Shown: piece after piece, positions 1 to 11,100 of the stretch
How the letters are laid out: every line of letters starts with the position of its first letter
Position numbering within the stretch: the first letter of the stretch is position 1
Source of the DNA: Candidatus Dojkabacteria bacterium
GTDB taxonomy: Bacteria > Patescibacteriota > Dojkabacteria > GCA-002793355
NCBI GenBank assembly: GCA_030583685.1
Contig: CP129470.1
Location: forward strand, 340,345 to 404,344
Length of the DNA stretch: 64,000 nucleotides
Direction: 5' to 3'
Notes under the pieces: generated by a model
The model's database searches: none
What the model was told of the DNA's origin: nothing
The model's input: the letters and a program-made list of their open reading frames with translations, nothing else
Program-made: the position numbers and the translations under genes

Positions 1-2
1 CA

Positions 3-755
3 TGGCTTCCCAATGTTCATACCTGGACTGGACAACCAGCAGTCTTTACCAGTAACGCATTTTGGGGAATCACTGAATATTTCAGAATCTATGGAACGAC
101 ACCTCATCCAAATATTCTCGCGACTATCCTCTGTTTTTTTCTCGTCATTATTTTTTTCCTGGCCATCCCAAAAACATATAAAGTCGCAATTGCCGCTGGC
201 ATAATTTTACTCATCCTTGGAACACTATCACGTGTTGGCATCGCGGCAAGTATCTGTGTTACTGCTTTATATCTAACACGTCACTGGACAGATAAACTAA
301 CTGTTAAGTACCTTAAACTTGCGGTTCCCTTAATCGTCTCGAGTATTTACCTCCTTCCTCTACTCCTTTCGCATATTCCTATTGCTTTTTCTGCACTTCC
401 CTTCCTTGAATCAAGAAGGATTATTGCAACGTTATATAACGAATTACTGACAAACACACCGTTACTTTTTGCCCATGGAACGGGGTTTGTATTGAGTATC
501 CCGACCTTGCTTGCCACCAGTAAAGAGCTGCCCACGAGCATTATTTGGGGAAATCAGATACTCGCGGAACCGCCGCATAATATCGCACAATTGCTGCTCG
601 TTGAATTTGGAATAATCGGCACAGGGCTTATCTCCTTGATTGTTTACGCTTCAGCAGCGCTTGTAGAAATCCGGAAAATTCCAAAATGGATCATACTGTC
701 ACTATTCTTACTGCTCCTTCTCTGGGGGAGTTTTGATCATCTGTTGGTGTATTAA
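3..755 (+). CDS. O-antigen ligase-like (Wzy_C/WaaL-family) polytopic membrane protein, 5'-truncated at window edge
   Basis: Hand translation of frame 0 is open from nt 3 to the stop at 753-755. The product is hydrophobic and multi-helix. The C-terminal block 'LLFAHGTGFVLSIP...AEPPHNIAQLLLVEFGIIGTGLISLIV' resembles the conserved loop/helix of O-antigen ligase family proteins. The ORF track splits this into 13..204 and 492..755 only because of alternative starts. Confidence 0.45.
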   Translation, partial: WLPNVHTWTGQPAVFTSNAFWGITEYFRIYGTTPHPNILATILCFFLVIIFFLAIPKTYKVAIAAGIILLILGTLSRVGIAASICVTALYLTRHWTDKLTVKYLKLAVPLIVSSIYLLPLLLSHIPIAFSALPFLESRRIIATLYNELLTNTPLLFAHGTGFVLSIPTLLATSKELPTSIIWGNQILAEPPHNIAQLLLVEFGIIGTGLISLIVYASAALVEIRKIPKWIILSLFLLLLLWGSFDHLLVY

Positions 756-773
756 CAACATTGTTTTCTTGCG

Positions 774-2951
774 TTAATTCGTTGAACACTTAGTCAAAAT
801 ATTTCCGCTATCAGAACAGAGATAGTACTCCGGGGTACCATAGGGTCCGTCACCACATTCTATCCGAAAGTCATCCATTGGTTTTACATTTAATCTGCTC
901 AGGTAGGAGATAGTCTGTGTTTCTACTTCATTTGAATTATACGAGTTTGGAGTCTCCATATTTCTTCCACGAAAGAGAGAGTCAACTTTAAATGAAATCA
1001 ATGCTGGTCGAATGACATCGCCGGTTACTTCTTTGGATTGATATTCGCCCTGTCGCACAAGGCCTAAAATCGAGCTTTTAATTAAAGAAAATGGAAATGT
1101 ATTGGCAAGCGACCTGAGTAGTCCAAGATTAACTTTATAATTGATCCATGTACGAAAACGTACATTTATTGGCGACACTAAGACTGATTGATAGTTATAG
1201 TCTTTAGTTGCTAACTGCTGTTTGACCCGCTCTTGAGCAATTTCGGATAATCTTTGAGGCTGAGTTGTATACCGATCTGTTGCATACCTTGTACATGCAG
1301 GAGTTCCGCGACCTGACAATAAAACCAACTCGTCAATACTTGCCCGTTCTAATTCTCCTTGCGGAGCTAGGAACTGACCTTGGAAAAAATGTCCCGCTCT
1401 TGTGTATGAACGAGCAACTTTTTCAGTCTGAGGTTTCGCAGATCCCGCAGTTGCCCCTGCATAATAATCTGTATCATTAATCGCAGATAACACAATTTGC
1501 CTCAGGCGAATGCTAACCGACGCTCGAGCTACTCCAGAACACCCACTTGTTGCGCGAATTATCGGACAATTATTAAAGTTCGATTTCTCATTGCATAAAT
1601 ACCTTTTTGGGTCCAAGTCATTAGGATCATACGATAACATACTTATGTTTTCTTGCTCAATCAATTCTTCTGGAATATAAAAAACACCGCCAACCAATGC
1701 TGCGGTAATTGTTGCTTTCTCGAACTCTGTCTGGCGAGCAGAATCAATCACGGAAAGCAAAGTTGAACTATTGGTAACGGCATCTGCCTCCTTAATATTC
1801 TCATTTTGTAAAAGGTCTTCCGTCGTTAACTGTGGCCCTGTTAACATATTTGCTAATAATTTTGAGGAAACTGTTGAGCCAGATAATTTTGTCGGATAGG
1901 TCTCTTCTGTGTTTGGCTGGTAGGCATATGCCCCCAAATAGCCAATGCCTGGATGAATAATGCCGCTAAAACCATCTTTTTTCATTTTTTCCTGGTGACC
2001 TTCCTCGACTCCATCATGAGCCTCGTTATTTTCGACATCGACGACGAATACGGTTGTATCAATTCCTTTATCATCAAGCCAATCTTTGACATACTCCTCT
2101 CTGCTTTCGCCAGGAACACGCATGCTACATTTTGCGAGTAAATAACTGATGGCGTCTGCACCTAGTTGATTTGAAGAAACAATATGACCAAAAATATCAG
2201 CTGAACGCAACTGATCATAGGCAAAATCTCCGGTGACTCCGATTTTACAAAATAACTCTTCAAATTCTTCAGGCTTTACCCGAGAAAACCAATCCCAATC
2301 AATTTTTGCATACACATCGTCTTCTTCTTCGCTGACAGGGCGAATACTCAGCTCATGTCCTTCAAGTGTCTTTGGGAGTAACGGTTGAGATAGACTAATA
2401 ATCGCCAATGACTCAAATTGCCCTCCATCAGAAAGACAATATCCCATTTTTCCCAACGTTGTTTTCGGATCATCTGGATCTTTGACAATGATCTCAGTAC
2501 TGGTTCCCCCCGCAGGAATTTCAAGCCCAGGGGGTTCCTTTTTCAACGCAATTCCTTCAAATGAAAAATGGTCTCCCGCTTCCTCAATCGTTTTGTGGTT
2601 AACAATACGCGTCCCCTGAGATTGTGAATTATCACAAGGCCATGTCCACGTAGACGGACTACCGCATTCCCCTCCTATCCCACGACTGTTTGTTACACTC
2701 AAGACTGACAATGTTCCTATCTTTTCACGTGCTCGTTGCTGAGAAATTGAAATATTCTTTTTCTCTTCTAATACTGCTTCCTGCTCTTTTTGCAAGTATA
2801 CTCGCTCTTGATATGCAATATGGGGAAAAAAAGTTTGCTTAATCGTAGTACCAACATCGAGAAAAACCTGCGCTGCGAAAACTACAATCAGTACCGAAAA
2901 TAAACCAAGAACAGAATTTTGACGCGCCTTGTTACTTCTCCGTGACCTCAT
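774..2951 (-). CDS. hypothetical signal-anchored secreted protein (725 aa), function unknown
   Basis: Long uninterrupted ORF. The N-terminus is 'RRSNKARQNSVLGLFSVLIVVFAAQVF', a basic stretch followed by one hydrophobic helix. I recognise no confident family signature. Confidence 0.5.
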   Translation of the reverse strand: MRSRRSNKARQNSVLGLFSVLIVVFAAQVFLDVGTTIKQTFFPHIAYQERVYLQKEQEAVLEEKKNISISQQRAREKIGTLSVLSVTNSRGIGGECGSPSTWTWPCDNSQSQGTRIVNHKTIEEAGDHFSFEGIALKKEPPGLEIPAGGTSTEIIVKDPDDPKTTLGKMGYCLSDGGQFESLAIISLSQPLLPKTLEGHELSIRPVSEEEDDVYAKIDWDWFSRVKPEEFEELFCKIGVTGDFAYDQLRSADIFGHIVSSNQLGADAISYLLAKCSMRVPGESREEYVKDWLDDKGIDTTVFVVDVENNEAHDGVEEGHQEKMKKDGFSGIIHPGIGYLGAYAYQPNTEETYPTKLSGSTVSSKLLANMLTGPQLTTEDLLQNENIKEADAVTNSSTLLSVIDSARQTEFEKATITAALVGGVFYIPEELIEQENISMLSYDPNDLDPKRYLCNEKSNFNNCPIIRATSGCSGVARASVSIRLRQIVLSAINDTDYYAGATAGSAKPQTEKVARSYTRAGHFFQGQFLAPQGELERASIDELVLLSGRGTPACTRYATDRYTTQPQRLSEIAQERVKQQLATKDYNYQSVLVSPINVRFRTWINYKVNLGLLRSLANTFPFSLIKSSILGLVRQGEYQSKEVTGDVIRPALISFKVDSLFRGRNMETPNSYNSNEVETQTISYLSRLNVKPMDDFRIECGDGPYGTPEYYLCSDSGNILTKCSTN

Positions 2952-2957
2952 ACTCTA

Positions 2958-3218
2958 TTATAGAGCATTGATTTTCTTTTGTACACGCGATTTTTGGCGA
3001 GCAGCCTTGTTTGCTTCAATAACCTTCTCTTTTGCTGCTTTATCCAATAACTTGGTCAACATAACGAAAGTTCTTGTCGCTTCTTCTTTGTTGGCTGCAG
3101 TAATCGCCTCGTTGACTTTTTTCAACCAACGGGTAAGTCGATCTTTCACTTGTCTGTTTTTTATCGTTCGTGCGGTTGCTTTTCGAACGGCCTTTTTAGC
3201 GTTTTTCAAATTTGGCAT
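2958..3218 (-). CDS. rpsT: 30S ribosomal protein S20
   Basis: 'MPNLKNAKKAVRKATARTIKNRQVKDRLTRWLKKV...' is a basic, alanine/lysine-rich 86-aa protein with the S20 N-terminal 'NxKSAKKR'-type motif. The start is taken at the internal Met (MPNLKN) rather than the ORF-track start. Confidence 0.85.
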   Translation of the reverse strand: MPNLKNAKKAVRKATARTIKNRQVKDRLTRWLKKVNEAITAANKEEATRTFVMLTKLLDKAAKEKVIEANKAARQKSRVQKKINAL

Positions 3219-3345
3219 GGTGGAAGTATAGCACACCTTTGGGAAATATTAAAGATGAAAACAAACGATCACTAAAAATTTATTACTCGTTTCCGGTATT
3301 CTCTCCTTTTGCCACGTTTTATCAGAATTCCTGCTATACTTCACT

Positions 3346-4968
3346 ATGGAGATAGCTATTCCTCACTACGTCATTTCTGTTGCTCGCATCCTTGTTAAAG
3401 AAGGCTTTAAGGCATATTTGGTTGCAGGTGCAATTCGAGACACGTTGCTCGGCATCCAACCTCACGATTATGATATTGCAACCGACGCCCTCCCTGATCA
3501 ACTCATTAAACTGTTTCCAAAATCAATTGCCGTTGGTGCACAATTTGGTACAGTTGTTGCGGTCCAGCAAGATCCTTCCGGTGAGAACTTTACCGTCGAA
3601 GTTACGACACTCAGAAACGAGGAGGATTATTTACAAGGGAGATGGCCCTCTAAGGTCACCTTTGTCCGAGAACTTGAGCAGGATTTGCAGCGCAGAGACT
3701 TTACGATAAATGCAATGGCACTTGACCTCGGTGAAAAAGGTATTTCATACTTATTACACGATGGGGTTGATGAAACTATATCGTTGGTTCATGCACATCG
3801 GTATGAATTTACACTTCTGGACTATTTTAATGGGCAAAACGATCTCCAACAAAAAATTATTCGTACGGTCGGAAATCCAATTGCACGCTTTACCGAAGAC
3901 GGATTACGACCATATCGAGCGTGTCGCTTTGCGTCACAACTAGGGTTTACCATTGAACCTGCAACCTTTGCCGCAATTAAAGAATGCCTCAATGTCTCTC
4001 AGCTAGTGTCAACAGAACGTGTTCGAGATGAGTTCATGAAAATACTGATGAATTCACCGAAACCCTCAGTTGGTATCAATTTGTTATACGAATCTGGCTT
4101 GCTTGCACTCTTCCTGCCGGAACTGGTTGCAACACGAGGAGTAACGCAAGATATCGGACATGCGTTTGATGTGTACGAACACACGCTTCGCACAGTAGAT
4201 TTAGCACCAGACCGCGTGAAACTTGCAGCATTGTTTCACGATATTGCAAAGCCACAAACATCGACAAACGACGGACATTTCTATGGTCATGATCAACTTG
4301 GAGCTGAAATGGCCGAGACCATAATGAAACGCCTCAGATTTTCTAATACAGAAATAAAAAATGTCTCCAACTTGGTCCGCTGGCATATGTTCTTCTATCC
4401 GTATACCGCTAAAGAGTTGCAGGAAATTGCACTCAAAGAAGGCAAACCATTGCCAGAAACAGCATCTCCTGCAGAGACCGGACATCATGAAGAAGACATT
4501 AAAGCGGCAAGATTCTGGTCTGATAGTGCAGTTCGTCGATTCATTCAACGAGTTGGATTAGAGAATATCGAGGATTTATTCTCCCTAAGAATCGCCGATG
4601 CAACCAGCGAGCCGGTCAGTATGTGGTCACCCGAAGAAATTGTTGCACTTCAGGCACGCATCTCTAAAGTTCTCGAGGAAGATAATGCCCTCAAAATCAG
4701 CGACCTTGCACTTGATGGAACGGTGTTGATGCAAGAACTAAATATTCCTGCCGGTCCCCTTCTTGGAAAAATTCTCACCTATCTCCTGGAACAAGTTGTC
4801 GAGAATCCGAACCTCAACAATACCGCTACATTATTGCAACTTGCTCAGAACTATTGTTCACAAGAAGGCATGGTTCACCCAACTACTCAGCTTTCTTCCG
4901 AATCAATGCAAGTACCACTCGAACAAGACCAACCAGCACGCCATACAGTACCAGGGCAAACAGAATAA
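3346..4968 (+). CDS. cca: CCA-adding tRNA nucleotidyltransferase / poly(A) polymerase family with HD domain, C-terminally extended (540 aa)
   Basis: Pol-beta-type nucleotidyltransferase head 'YLVAGAIRDTLLGIQPHDYDIATD'. HD motif 'LFHDIAKP' and RNA-binding core 'RDFTINAMA'. The last ~90 aa form a low-conservation tail that overlaps the convergent neighbour. Confidence 0.8.
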   Translation: MEIAIPHYVISVARILVKEGFKAYLVAGAIRDTLLGIQPHDYDIATDALPDQLIKLFPKSIAVGAQFGTVVAVQQDPSGENFTVEVTTLRNEEDYLQGRWPSKVTFVRELEQDLQRRDFTINAMALDLGEKGISYLLHDGVDETISLVHAHRYEFTLLDYFNGQNDLQQKIIRTVGNPIARFTEDGLRPYRACRFASQLGFTIEPATFAAIKECLNVSQLVSTERVRDEFMKILMNSPKPSVGINLLYESGLLALFLPELVATRGVTQDIGHAFDVYEHTLRTVDLAPDRVKLAALFHDIAKPQTSTNDGHFYGHDQLGAEMAETIMKRLRFSNTEIKNVSNLVRWHMFFYPYTAKELQEIALKEGKPLPETASPAETGHHEEDIKAARFWSDSAVRRFIQRVGLENIEDLFSLRIADATSEPVSMWSPEEIVALQARISKVLEEDNALKISDLALDGTVLMQELNIPAGPLLGKILTYLLEQVVENPNLNNTATLLQLAQNYCSQEGMVHPTTQLSSESMQVPLEQDQPARHTVPGQTE

Positions 4969-6712
4969 GAAGCGATTGCGTACTCAGAACAATTCTTCCA
5001 ACCTGGGTATTTGCAAAATTGGTCAGGCCAGAACTTATCCGTTTTGAAAAACCTGCAGTAGCAGCATCTTCTTCTTGCGCCTTCACCTGCTCTTGTAACG
5101 CTTCTTGTGTAAGAAGCCCTGAACTCGGCAGTTCTGAAACTGCTTCAGTATGAATTTGCAATGGCTCTTGGCACGGTGATTGTGAATCCCATGACAAGCA
5201 ATTGAATCCACTTGGTTCATCAACTGACTGCGATGCAACATACCACGTTAAATGGTATGTATCGTGACCAATATACTCATTGCTTCCGTCGCTCCAGGTT
5301 GGATCAAATGGCAGCCATCCATATTCAGGAAACCATACACTATTCCACTGATGTCCCACGCCTGGAATCGTTAATGCTGCACGTATTCCTACCCCATCTC
5401 CATAGACTACTCGTGAAGGAATCCCTGAGGCACGAAGCACAGACAAGGCGAGGTCAGAATACTCCATGCACACACCTTTTCCTTCTTGTAACGCTCTTAC
5501 CGCGCCGAGCCGTGTTAAAGTGCCGGCACTGACGCTTGTATTGTACTCCAATTTTTGTGAAACAACGCTCATTGTTTTACGAATTGCTGCATGCAATGTA
5601 TCGCTTGGAGCAATTGTTTGGCGAGAAAGCGATGTGATTTCCGCAGCATCAATTTGCCAATACTGTTCCTCTCCTCCTAGATAACGCATCAACCGCGCAT
5701 CATCTGTTGGAACCGTTGCTTGCAACAAAGCACTTGGAATTTCTTCTGCTTTTAATACCGCATAACCTTCAATAGTGATGCTTCCTTTATTCGTTGCCGA
5801 TACCGGAAACTTTGCAAGGAGATTCCCATCTTCATCAGTTCGTAATGAAATGGGAAAAGGATCAAGTCGAGAGTAATAAACGGTTTGATTTCTGAATTCA
5901 GTTCCCTCCAACTGATGAGGAAGCGCAATTTCAACATAATTATTCAGGAGTCCTTGCACAAAGGCAGGCGTTGACGAGTTTGTTGCAACCGTATTCCCCG
6001 TAATTCTGAAGGAGATCATTCTTGATGTCCCAAAAGAAAGTCGCACTGAACGACCTCTTACCTGTTCCCCAGAGAAAGTTACACTATTCTTGGATCTTTC
6101 GGCTCTTACCACTCCTTCAGAAGGTGAAACATAGACAGGTGTTCCACGAGAATGAGTGGATAAAAACTTCAGAGAATAGGTTACTTTCTCTTCATAGCCA
6201 CCCTCGGTGTTTTTTCTCTGAAACGGATAATCTGCGGCAAGCCCTGGATATACGACATCTAGTATCCCACCCTCCTCTGTTGTGTATAACGATGTGCGAT
6301 ATGAAACCGTAAAATACAGTGGTGTTCCCGAATCAAGATTTTCATAGTACGGAATCTCAAGCTGGATTGAGCCATTTTCAACGGTCTTTTTAAACAGTAT
6401 CGTTTGTCTTGCAGAACTCCCCCCACGTACTTGGATATCTGTCACCTGAGCGTCGAGAGTACCACTTTGATTTTCGTATGCCGGATAAATATACACATAC
6501 ACGAAGTTTTTTGCTGCAGGAAAAAATGTTGTCGCATTATCCCATGTAATTTTCTGTTTTTGGGTAACTACTGCCTCTGCTGAATCACCAATTTCAACTG
6601 TTGTTTCAATGTTTCGAGTCAGGGTCTTTGCAGACACTGGTTGCGTCGTCACCAACAAAAAACTTACGAGAGAGACACTTAACCATAAAAGACGAAGGGC
6701 AGAATTTTTCAT
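4883..6712 (-). CDS. secreted transglutaminase-like cysteine protease-fold protein with C-terminal TM anchor
   Basis: Signal peptide 'LLWLSVSLVSFLLVTTQPVSA'. Transglutaminase core with intact catalytic triad context 'GKGVCMEYSDLALSVLRASGIPSRVVYG...HQWNSVWF..GWLPFDPT' (Cys/His/Asp). C-terminal hydrophobic helix 'LILFALVLYGVLVGLVRVVLALIRKK'. Confidence 0.7.
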   Translation of the reverse strand: MKNSALRLLWLSVSLVSFLLVTTQPVSAKTLTRNIETTVEIGDSAEAVVTQKQKITWDNATTFFPAAKNFVYVYIYPAYENQSGTLDAQVTDIQVRGGSSARQTILFKKTVENGSIQLEIPYYENLDSGTPLYFTVSYRTSLYTTEEGGILDVVYPGLAADYPFQRKNTEGGYEEKVTYSLKFLSTHSRGTPVYVSPSEGVVRAERSKNSVTFSGEQVRGRSVRLSFGTSRMISFRITGNTVATNSSTPAFVQGLLNNYVEIALPHQLEGTEFRNQTVYYSRLDPFPISLRTDEDGNLLAKFPVSATNKGSITIEGYAVLKAEEIPSALLQATVPTDDARLMRYLGGEEQYWQIDAAEITSLSRQTIAPSDTLHAAIRKTMSVVSQKLEYNTSVSAGTLTRLGAVRALQEGKGVCMEYSDLALSVLRASGIPSRVVYGDGVGIRAALTIPGVGHQWNSVWFPEYGWLPFDPTWSDGSNEYIGHDTYHLTWYVASQSVDEPSGFNCLSWDSQSPCQEPLQIHTEAVSELPSSGLLTQEALQEQVKAQEEDAATAGFSKRISSGLTNFANTQVGRIVLSTQSLLILFALVLYGVLVGLVRVVLALIRKKAE

Positions 6713-6718
6713 GTGTCC

Positions 6719-8104
6719 TTATTTCAATATACTGTTTTTAAGACCCACTATTTGAGTTCTGAGTAGGTGATCATTGGTCATTAACCGATTCACCTTGTCA
6801 ACAGCATGAATAACTGTTGTGTGATCATTTCGTTTTAATGAACGAGCAACTCTTTCTAATGGGTAATTCAGTATATCACGAATCAAATACATTGCGATTT
6901 GTCGTGGCATTGCAATTTCAGCAGTTCGTGAGGTAGATTTCATTTGTCCAACGGTAACTCCGAATGAATCGGCGACTTTCTCTAAAATAGTCTCGACTGA
7001 AACTTTACGACGTGCCGCTTCTTGGTCGACACCAATTATTTTTTCGACTGTTTCACGATCCATTGGGGTATTTGTAATCTTTGCGTATGTGTATACTTTA
7101 TTGTATGCACCAATTAATTGACGTACATTATCTTCTACAAGTGCAGCAATCGCTTCAAGACATTCCAGCGACAACGGTGGGCTATGGTCTTTATTGTAGT
7201 TCGCTAGGATTGCAACACGTGTTTCATAATTTGGTGGAATAATATCAATCATCATTCCCCCTTCAAAGCGAGACTTTAGGCGATCAGCAAGGTTTTGAAT
7301 TTGCCCCGGAGGTCGATCTGAAGCAAGAATAATTTGCTTTCCTGCACCAGAAAGAACATTAAATGTGTGAAATATCTCCTCTTGGGCACCTTCCCATTTC
7401 GAAATGAACTGAATATCATCAATCATAAGAATATCGAGTTTTCTATACTTCTCTCGGAACTCTGCGGTTTTCTTTCCGCGAATTGATTCAACCATTTCAT
7501 TAAGAAACGTTTCGCTTGAGCAATAAAATATTTTCTTTGTCACATCCTTTTCTAACACCTCACGGCCAATTGCCTGCATTAAGTGCGTTTTGCCAACGCC
7601 GACACTTCCATAGACAAACAACGGGTTGTATTCTTGACCTAAATGCTGACATACCGCTTGTGCAGCCGCATGGGCAATTTGATTGTTATTACCGACAACG
7701 AACGTCGCAAAGGTATATTTTTCATTCAAACAGGCGGTTTTCAACGCCTTCTGTAATTGATTTTCTTTTTCCTCTACTTGTGTCAACAGTGAACCAATCT
7801 TTGGCATCGTATCTTTGATTGGTATTTTTGACTCAAAAAGCTCCTGATTGACTACCAGCGATACTTTATATCCCTCCCCTAGCACATCTCTGAAAATGAG
7901 CTGTAATTGCTCACGAGCATTCTTTTCAATCCACTGCAATGCAAAATTATTGCGTATGGCAACCTGCACTTCTTCTTCCGTAACAGACGCTAACTTGGTT
8001 GAATGCTCAATCCATGCCTTATATGACTCAGGTGAAAACTTCTTTGATAACGAGAATTTGACGAGTTCCCATAATTTTTGCATTTCTTGAGTTGAAATCG
8101 TCAT
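6719..8104 (-). CDS. dnaA: chromosomal replication initiator DnaA
   Basis: Walker A 'GSVGVGKTHLMQAIG'. AAA+ sensor motifs. C-terminal DNA-binding domain IV 'TSRTAEIAMPRQIAMYLIRDILNYPLERVARSLKRNDHTTVIHA'. Confidence 0.95.
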   Translation of the reverse strand: MTISTQEMQKLWELVKFSLSKKFSPESYKAWIEHSTKLASVTEEEVQVAIRNNFALQWIEKNAREQLQLIFRDVLGEGYKVSLVVNQELFESKIPIKDTMPKIGSLLTQVEEKENQLQKALKTACLNEKYTFATFVVGNNNQIAHAAAQAVCQHLGQEYNPLFVYGSVGVGKTHLMQAIGREVLEKDVTKKIFYCSSETFLNEMVESIRGKKTAEFREKYRKLDILMIDDIQFISKWEGAQEEIFHTFNVLSGAGKQIILASDRPPGQIQNLADRLKSRFEGGMMIDIIPPNYETRVAILANYNKDHSPPLSLECLEAIAALVEDNVRQLIGAYNKVYTYAKITNTPMDRETVEKIIGVDQEAARRKVSVETILEKVADSFGVTVGQMKSTSRTAEIAMPRQIAMYLIRDILNYPLERVARSLKRNDHTTVIHAVDKVNRLMTNDHLLRTQIVGLKNSILK

Positions 8105-8123
8105 ACCGTACTCTTACCATATC

Positions 8124-8141
8124 GTGGATAACTTGTCCACA
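8124..8141. promoter_or_regulatory. pair of abutting DnaA boxes (GTGGATAAC = complement of GTTATCCAC; TTGTCCACA) in the dnaA-dnaE intergenic/promoter region
   Basis: Direct read of 8121-8141 'atcgTGGATAACTTGTCCACAtc'. Both 9-mers match the TTATCCACA consensus with at most 1 mismatch, they lie in inverted orientation, and they sit about 40 nt upstream of the dnaA start. Confidence 0.5.
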
Positions 8142-8179
8142 TCAGCGCAATACTATTGAAATTTTTGCGATACTATATG

Positions 8180-11100
8180 TTAATTCTCGGTAAGCTCTCC
8201 GAATCTGTTGAGTGTTTTTTTAACCTCAAAATCGTAAGAAATGCCACCTTTATAGGCAACCAGGCGCGTTCCCCCTTTTGCAGGAATTGCAAAGGTTAGT
8301 TTTACTTCTCCAGGATGCGCGGAAATATACGCCTTCATCATATCGAGATCTTCTTTCGAGAGATTTTTGGAAAGTGCTAATGTAATCGAGGATACTGCGT
8401 TTTTCTTCGCCTTATCAAGGGATTTTTGCGTAACAACTTCAAATCCAGAAACAACAAAACTGACCTTATCAAGACGTTTATCAATACGTCCCTTAAAGAG
8501 AAACGCTTCGTTTAATGCCTCTGCGTTTTCAAGGAGCAACTTTGCAAATTGCTGATAGGTTCTTGGGAAAAGTACCGCGCTGACTTGCGTCGTCGTGTCC
8601 TCTAAATCAAGAAAAGCCATCATATCTCCATTCTTGGTATTTAATTTCTTCATTCGAGATACTTGCGCACCAATGTATATTTCTTCTGCGGGTAGCTCTC
8701 GAATTGCTTCTTCAAGTGAATGTGCCCCAATGGACATAAAATACTCTGTGTATTGATGAAGTGGATGTGACGAAAGATATATTCCGAATAATTCTTTTTC
8801 CCATTTTAGTATCTGCATGATGGATACAGGCTCAACCGTTGGGAGTGGCGTTTGTTGAGTAAAATCTTGTTTCGACTGCTGTTCGGTAAGAGAAAACATA
8901 CTCATTTGTTCACTATTTTCCTTTTTCGTTTCAGCTCGATAACGATCATAAAGCACGGGAATGAGGGTAAGCAAGGCGTTTCGTTCACCCCAGTCGTTCA
9001 TTGCGCCAGCTTGAGCTAAAATGAGTAACGTTTTTTTGTCAATTTTCTCTAAATCCCCACGAGTTAGCAAATCATCAAGGTGTTTGTACTCTCCTCCCGT
9101 TGCTCGTTCTTCGACAATGGCTTCAAGTGCTTTTTGGCTTGCTCCTTTAATCCCTCGTAACCCGTAACGAATGGAGCCCAAATAATGATATTCTCCTTTC
9201 GCCTTACGTTGCTCGAGTTCTTCTTTAAACCCATCTTCCAACCATTTTGCTTCTAATTCATCATGATGATACTCAATCGAGAATTCAAGACTGCTCTGAT
9301 TAATGTGAGGTGGTAACACTTGTACATTCATTGATACCGCCTGAGCCAAATCACCTTCTAATTTATCTGGATGCCCCATATCTGCCTGCATTAATCCCAC
9401 CAAAAATTCTACCGGATGATGTGCTTTTAAGTATGCTGTTCGGTATGCAATAACCGCGTAACAGGCGGAGTGTGATTTATTGAATCCGTAGTCAGCAAAC
9501 GGCAACAAGTAAGCAAACACCTGTTCTGCTAACTCTTCCGTGTATCCTTTCTTTTTCATACCTTCAAAGAATTTTGGTTTTTCTTGATCGAGAATTTCTT
9601 TTTTCTTTTTTCCCATGGCTCGTCTCAGCAAATCTGCTTCACCAATTGAATATCCGGCCATATCGACTGCAATTGCCATAACCTGCTCCTGATAAATTGC
9701 ATACCCCATGGTTTCGTGCAACAGATGCTCCATGTCAGGATGCAGGTATTCAATTTTTTTCCGTCCATGCTTTCTCTCGATATAGTCTGGAATATATGCC
9801 ATTGGACCTGGTCTGTATGCAGCACACATGAAACAGATATCAAGTATCGTTTCAGGTACAAGATCAATTAAATACTTCTTCATTCCTTGACTTTCAAACT
9901 GAAAAATTCCGTCGGTCAATGCTTTTTGGAATAAGACATATGATTTCTTATCCTCCATTCCCATGGTCTCCCAATCAATAGTTATGTCATGTTGGCGCTT
10001 AATCGCCCCCTCTGTATTATTCAAAACGGTTAACGTTCGAAGACCTAAGAAATCATATTTCATAAGCCCAACATCCTCTAAATGTGCACCTTCGATCTGG
10101 GTAATGACCAACTCTGTATTTTGCGGAGCGCGTCTTTCTGGTACATACTCAACAATCGGTTCTGGTGTAATAACATACCCACATGCATGAACAGAAACGT
10201 TTCTCGCAATTTTTTTGATTCGCTTGACTGCTTCAACCATTTGCATGAGCTTGGAATCCGCTTCAACAAAGTTTCTAAACTCGGGCATTGTTTCCATTGC
10301 TTCGGCGATAGGCATTGGTTTTCCACGCTTCACGGGAATCATTTTTGCGACTTTGTCTGCCTGATCAAGAGGAATTGCCAACGCTCGGGAAACATCTCGA
10401 ATCGCAGCTTTCGTATCCATTCTTCCAATTGCACAAATAGCAGATACATTGTCGTGACCATATTTCTGTTCAATATAGCGAATGACTTCATCTCTCCTAT
10501 CGTCCTGAAAATCAATATCAAAGTCGGGAGGAGACGGTCGATATGGATTTAAGAATCGCTCGAATTGCAAACCCCACCAAAACGGATCGATATCAGTGAT
10601 TCTTGTTGTGTATGCAACGACACTTCCAGCACCAGAGCCACGTCCTGGACCGACGATTATTCCCTGAGAACGAGCCCAACGAATATAGTCAGCAACTATT
10701 AAGAAATAATCGTCATACCCTTTGTCATGAATTACTCCTAATTCGTAATTTAACCGCTCTTCAGTTTCTTTGGTAATTTTTCCATACCTCTCTTGTGCTC
10801 CAGAAAAGGCAAGGTCACGAAGCACTGAGTCTGCCGTCATTCCTTCGGGTATGTCAGGAAACTTTGGTTGCACTCGGTCAAAAAAGATAGAGTATTTTTC
10901 AATCTTTTCAGCAACTTCATTCGTGTTCAGCGGTGCGTGAGGAATGTCAGAAAAAAGGGTATACATTTCTTCTGGACTTTTAAAATAGAGTTGATCGGTC
11001 GTCATCGGTTTATGTTTAGGATCGTAAATTGTCCTCCCTTCATGAATTGCCCAAAAGATATCTTGAATTTTTGCATCTTCGTGCAATAGATAATGCACAT

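Noticed and set aside
10082-10552. 156-aa Cys/Phe/Asn-rich ORF inside dnaE on the opposite strand, with a similar one at 14935..15405 inside the spermidine-synthase-like gene.
   Set aside because: Both are embedded in strongly supported conserved genes, have odd composition and show no motifs.
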